DNA from: Selaginella moellendorffii
Taxonomy: Eukaryota; Plantae; Lycopodiophyta
Length of the DNA stretch: 64,000 bases
Reading direction: 5' to 3'
Assembly (NCBI RefSeq): GCF_000143415.4
Contig: NW_003314357.1
Coordinates: 455,795-519,794 of the forward strand
The translations under genes and the position numbers were made by a program. Position 1 is the stretch's first letter. Every line of letters starts with the position of its first letter. The notes beneath the pieces were generated by a model that was given only the letters and a program-made list of their open reading frames with translations, was not told where the DNA came from and ran no database searches. This document shows positions 62,460 to 64,000 of the stretch, in pieces.

Positions 62460-64000
62460 ATGATCGATTATGGGGGAAGGTGTGAGCTCCTGCGGCCGAG
62501 AGGAGTGATCTACAAGAGGAAGAAGAAGAAGAAGACGAGGGTTTATAGAAGGAGCAATGTGACAGCGGCGGAAGATTTCGTGGCTTTTGTTCGAGAGAAT
62601 CATTTGCTGCAGGGAGAAGAAGCGTTCCCGGCGGTTGTGGCAGATCATCCTCACGTCTTTTATGGGGGTTTTCGCTTCCTGATATGCACGAAGGAGCACA
62701 GTGCCGATGAGATCAACTCGACGCTACCTTTCAACGTTTTCACGGATGGTTCTTTCATTTCTGCCCAGAACAAGGCTGGCTATGGCATTTTCTACCGCTG
62801 CCAGGAGCAAAACCACTGCTTGGCTCGGAATGTGATCGTTGGGAGCACCATTACTTTCCAGCTGAGCTCGGATCCATCACGGCCCATGCCACTAGAGATC
62901 GATCTCTCAACTCACAAAGTGTCATCCATGACGATGGAGCTGCTTGCGATCCTCGAAGGCATTGTTTACGTCCAAAGCTTCTGGAAGCAGACGAGCATTT
63001 TTCTCTACACGGATAGCTTGGAGTCGCTCTATCTGGTGGAAAAGTTCCAGCGCAAGCCATCCAATCTTCGCTATCACGTCTACGAGAACATCCTCGTTGC
63101 CATTGCTGCCGCTGCTCAGCAAAGCAAAGTCCAGCGAATTCACCTCTTCAAAGTGAAAGCTCATGCCAACATTTTTGGAAACGAGGCAGCCGATCGTTTA
63201 GCTCATATGGGAGCGGCCTCGGGAAGGCCACTGCAAAAGTTTATCATCAGCGATCAAGGCACGACGTCGATCAGCCATGGCACTCAAGCTTTCTCGGGCT
63301 CTGGTTATGGTGGGACTGGCAATCGAGGAACAACGACCAGCCAAAGAACTCAAGCTCCTCCGAGTGTTTTTCCAACTCCAGTAGCGACCTCTTCCGAAGT
63401 GGACGTTCCACGTTTGGCACCAACTCGAGATCATCTTGGAAGTACAAGAAGCTGTGATCCACCACCTGGACCGGTTGATGTTGCGGCCACCGTATGTCGA
63501 GCTTGGCTTTGGGCCAAAGCCCAAGGACGTGGTGGCCAAACGCAGCCAGTGACCAGGGAAAGAGATCAAGGACTTCCTTCGAATGGTAGAAGTTCTGGTG
63601 TTCTTCAAACTCCTCAATCTCAAGCTCGTGGAGGTCATGATCCTGTTCCTCCAGCACCGTCCTCGGATAAGGCTACGGTTCCCCAACCTCGAATGCTGCC
63701 ACATGACGAACGACGTGGTGCCAAAACGACGCCAAACGTTTTCTCCTCTCGGCAGTCTGTGACTAGTCCAGCGGCCACAGATGTTCCAGTTCAAGGAAGT
63801 CGGGCAGGAGCTCCACCTCGACCGTATGTTTTACCAGTTCCTGCCACTGACAAAGCTTACGTTGAGGACACCATATATCGAGCTTGGCTTTGGACCAAAG
63901 CCCAAGGACGTGGTGGCCAAACGCAGCCAATGACCAGAGAAAGAGATCAAGGACTTCCTTCGAATGGTGGAAGTTCTAGTAGAGGAACTCCTCAAGCTCA
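62460..64000 (+). CDS. RNase H1-domain protein with basic N-terminus and repeat-containing C-terminal tail; runs off the window end
   Basis: Manual translation gives 513 codons with no stop; FTDGS (62739), ELLAI (62937), YTDS (63006), KVKAH (63150), GNEAADRLA (63177); KRKKKKKTR near the N-terminus. Confidence 0.8.
   Translation, partial: MIDYGGRCELLRPRGVIYKRKKKKKTRVYRRSNVTAAEDFVAFVRENHLLQGEEAFPAVVADHPHVFYGGFRFLICTKEHSADEINSTLPFNVFTDGSFISAQNKAGYGIFYRCQEQNHCLARNVIVGSTITFQLSSDPSRPMPLEIDLSTHKVSSMTMELLAILEGIVYVQSFWKQTSIFLYTDSLESLYLVEKFQRKPSNLRYHVYENILVAIAAAAQQSKVQRIHLFKVKAHANIFGNEAADRLAHMGAASGRPLQKFIISDQGTTSISHGTQAFSGSGYGGTGNRGTTTSQRTQAPPSVFPTPVATSSEVDVPRLAPTRDHLGSTRSCDPPPGPVDVAATVCRAWLWAKAQGRGGQTQPVTRERDQGLPSNGRSSGVLQTPQSQARGGHDPVPPAPSSDKATVPQPRMLPHDERRGAKTTPNVFSSRQSVTSPAATDVPVQGSRAGAPPRPYVLPVPATDKAYVEDTIYRAWLWTKAQGRGGQTQPMTRERDQGLPSNGGSSSRGTPQA

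Noticed and set aside
63198-63794. Minus-strand ORFs near the window end
   Set aside because: Antisense shadows of the plus-strand RNase H ORF

Overview
Eukaryotic (land-plant) genomic DNA, most consistent with the lycophyte Selaginella. This is inferred from ~50-60 nt introns, very compact gene spacing, SS-type PPR arrays and a Tcn1-like chromovirus; it is not proven. A compact gene island (26.2-41.5 kb) holds two PLS-class PPR genes, a secreted glycine-rich protein, a GLUTAMINE DUMPER homolog, ZCCHC8, a DUF819 membrane protein and a DUF266/BC10-like glycosyltransferase. It is flanked by nested transposon fields: a decayed Mutator-like element, a complete but decayed Ty3/gypsy element with asymmetric LTRs, several copies of a ~1 kb-LTR non-autonomous family, Cassandra-like TRIMs carrying a 5S rRNA segment, and a very young chromodomain retrotransposon. 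Most notable: (1) the young retrotransposon has no tRNA primer site but shows a perfect 15-nt Tf1-style self-priming signature; (2) Cassandra-type 5S-bearing TRIMs; (3) a >500-codon ORF missing from the ORF track, with an N-terminal RNase H1 domain and internal repeats, plus a truncated second copy next to a mevalonate-diphosphate-decarboxylase fragment; (4) an intact, extremely AT-rich, intronless secreted gene fusing an unrecognised domain to a bulb-type lectin. There is a 310-nt assembly gap at 15106-15415.
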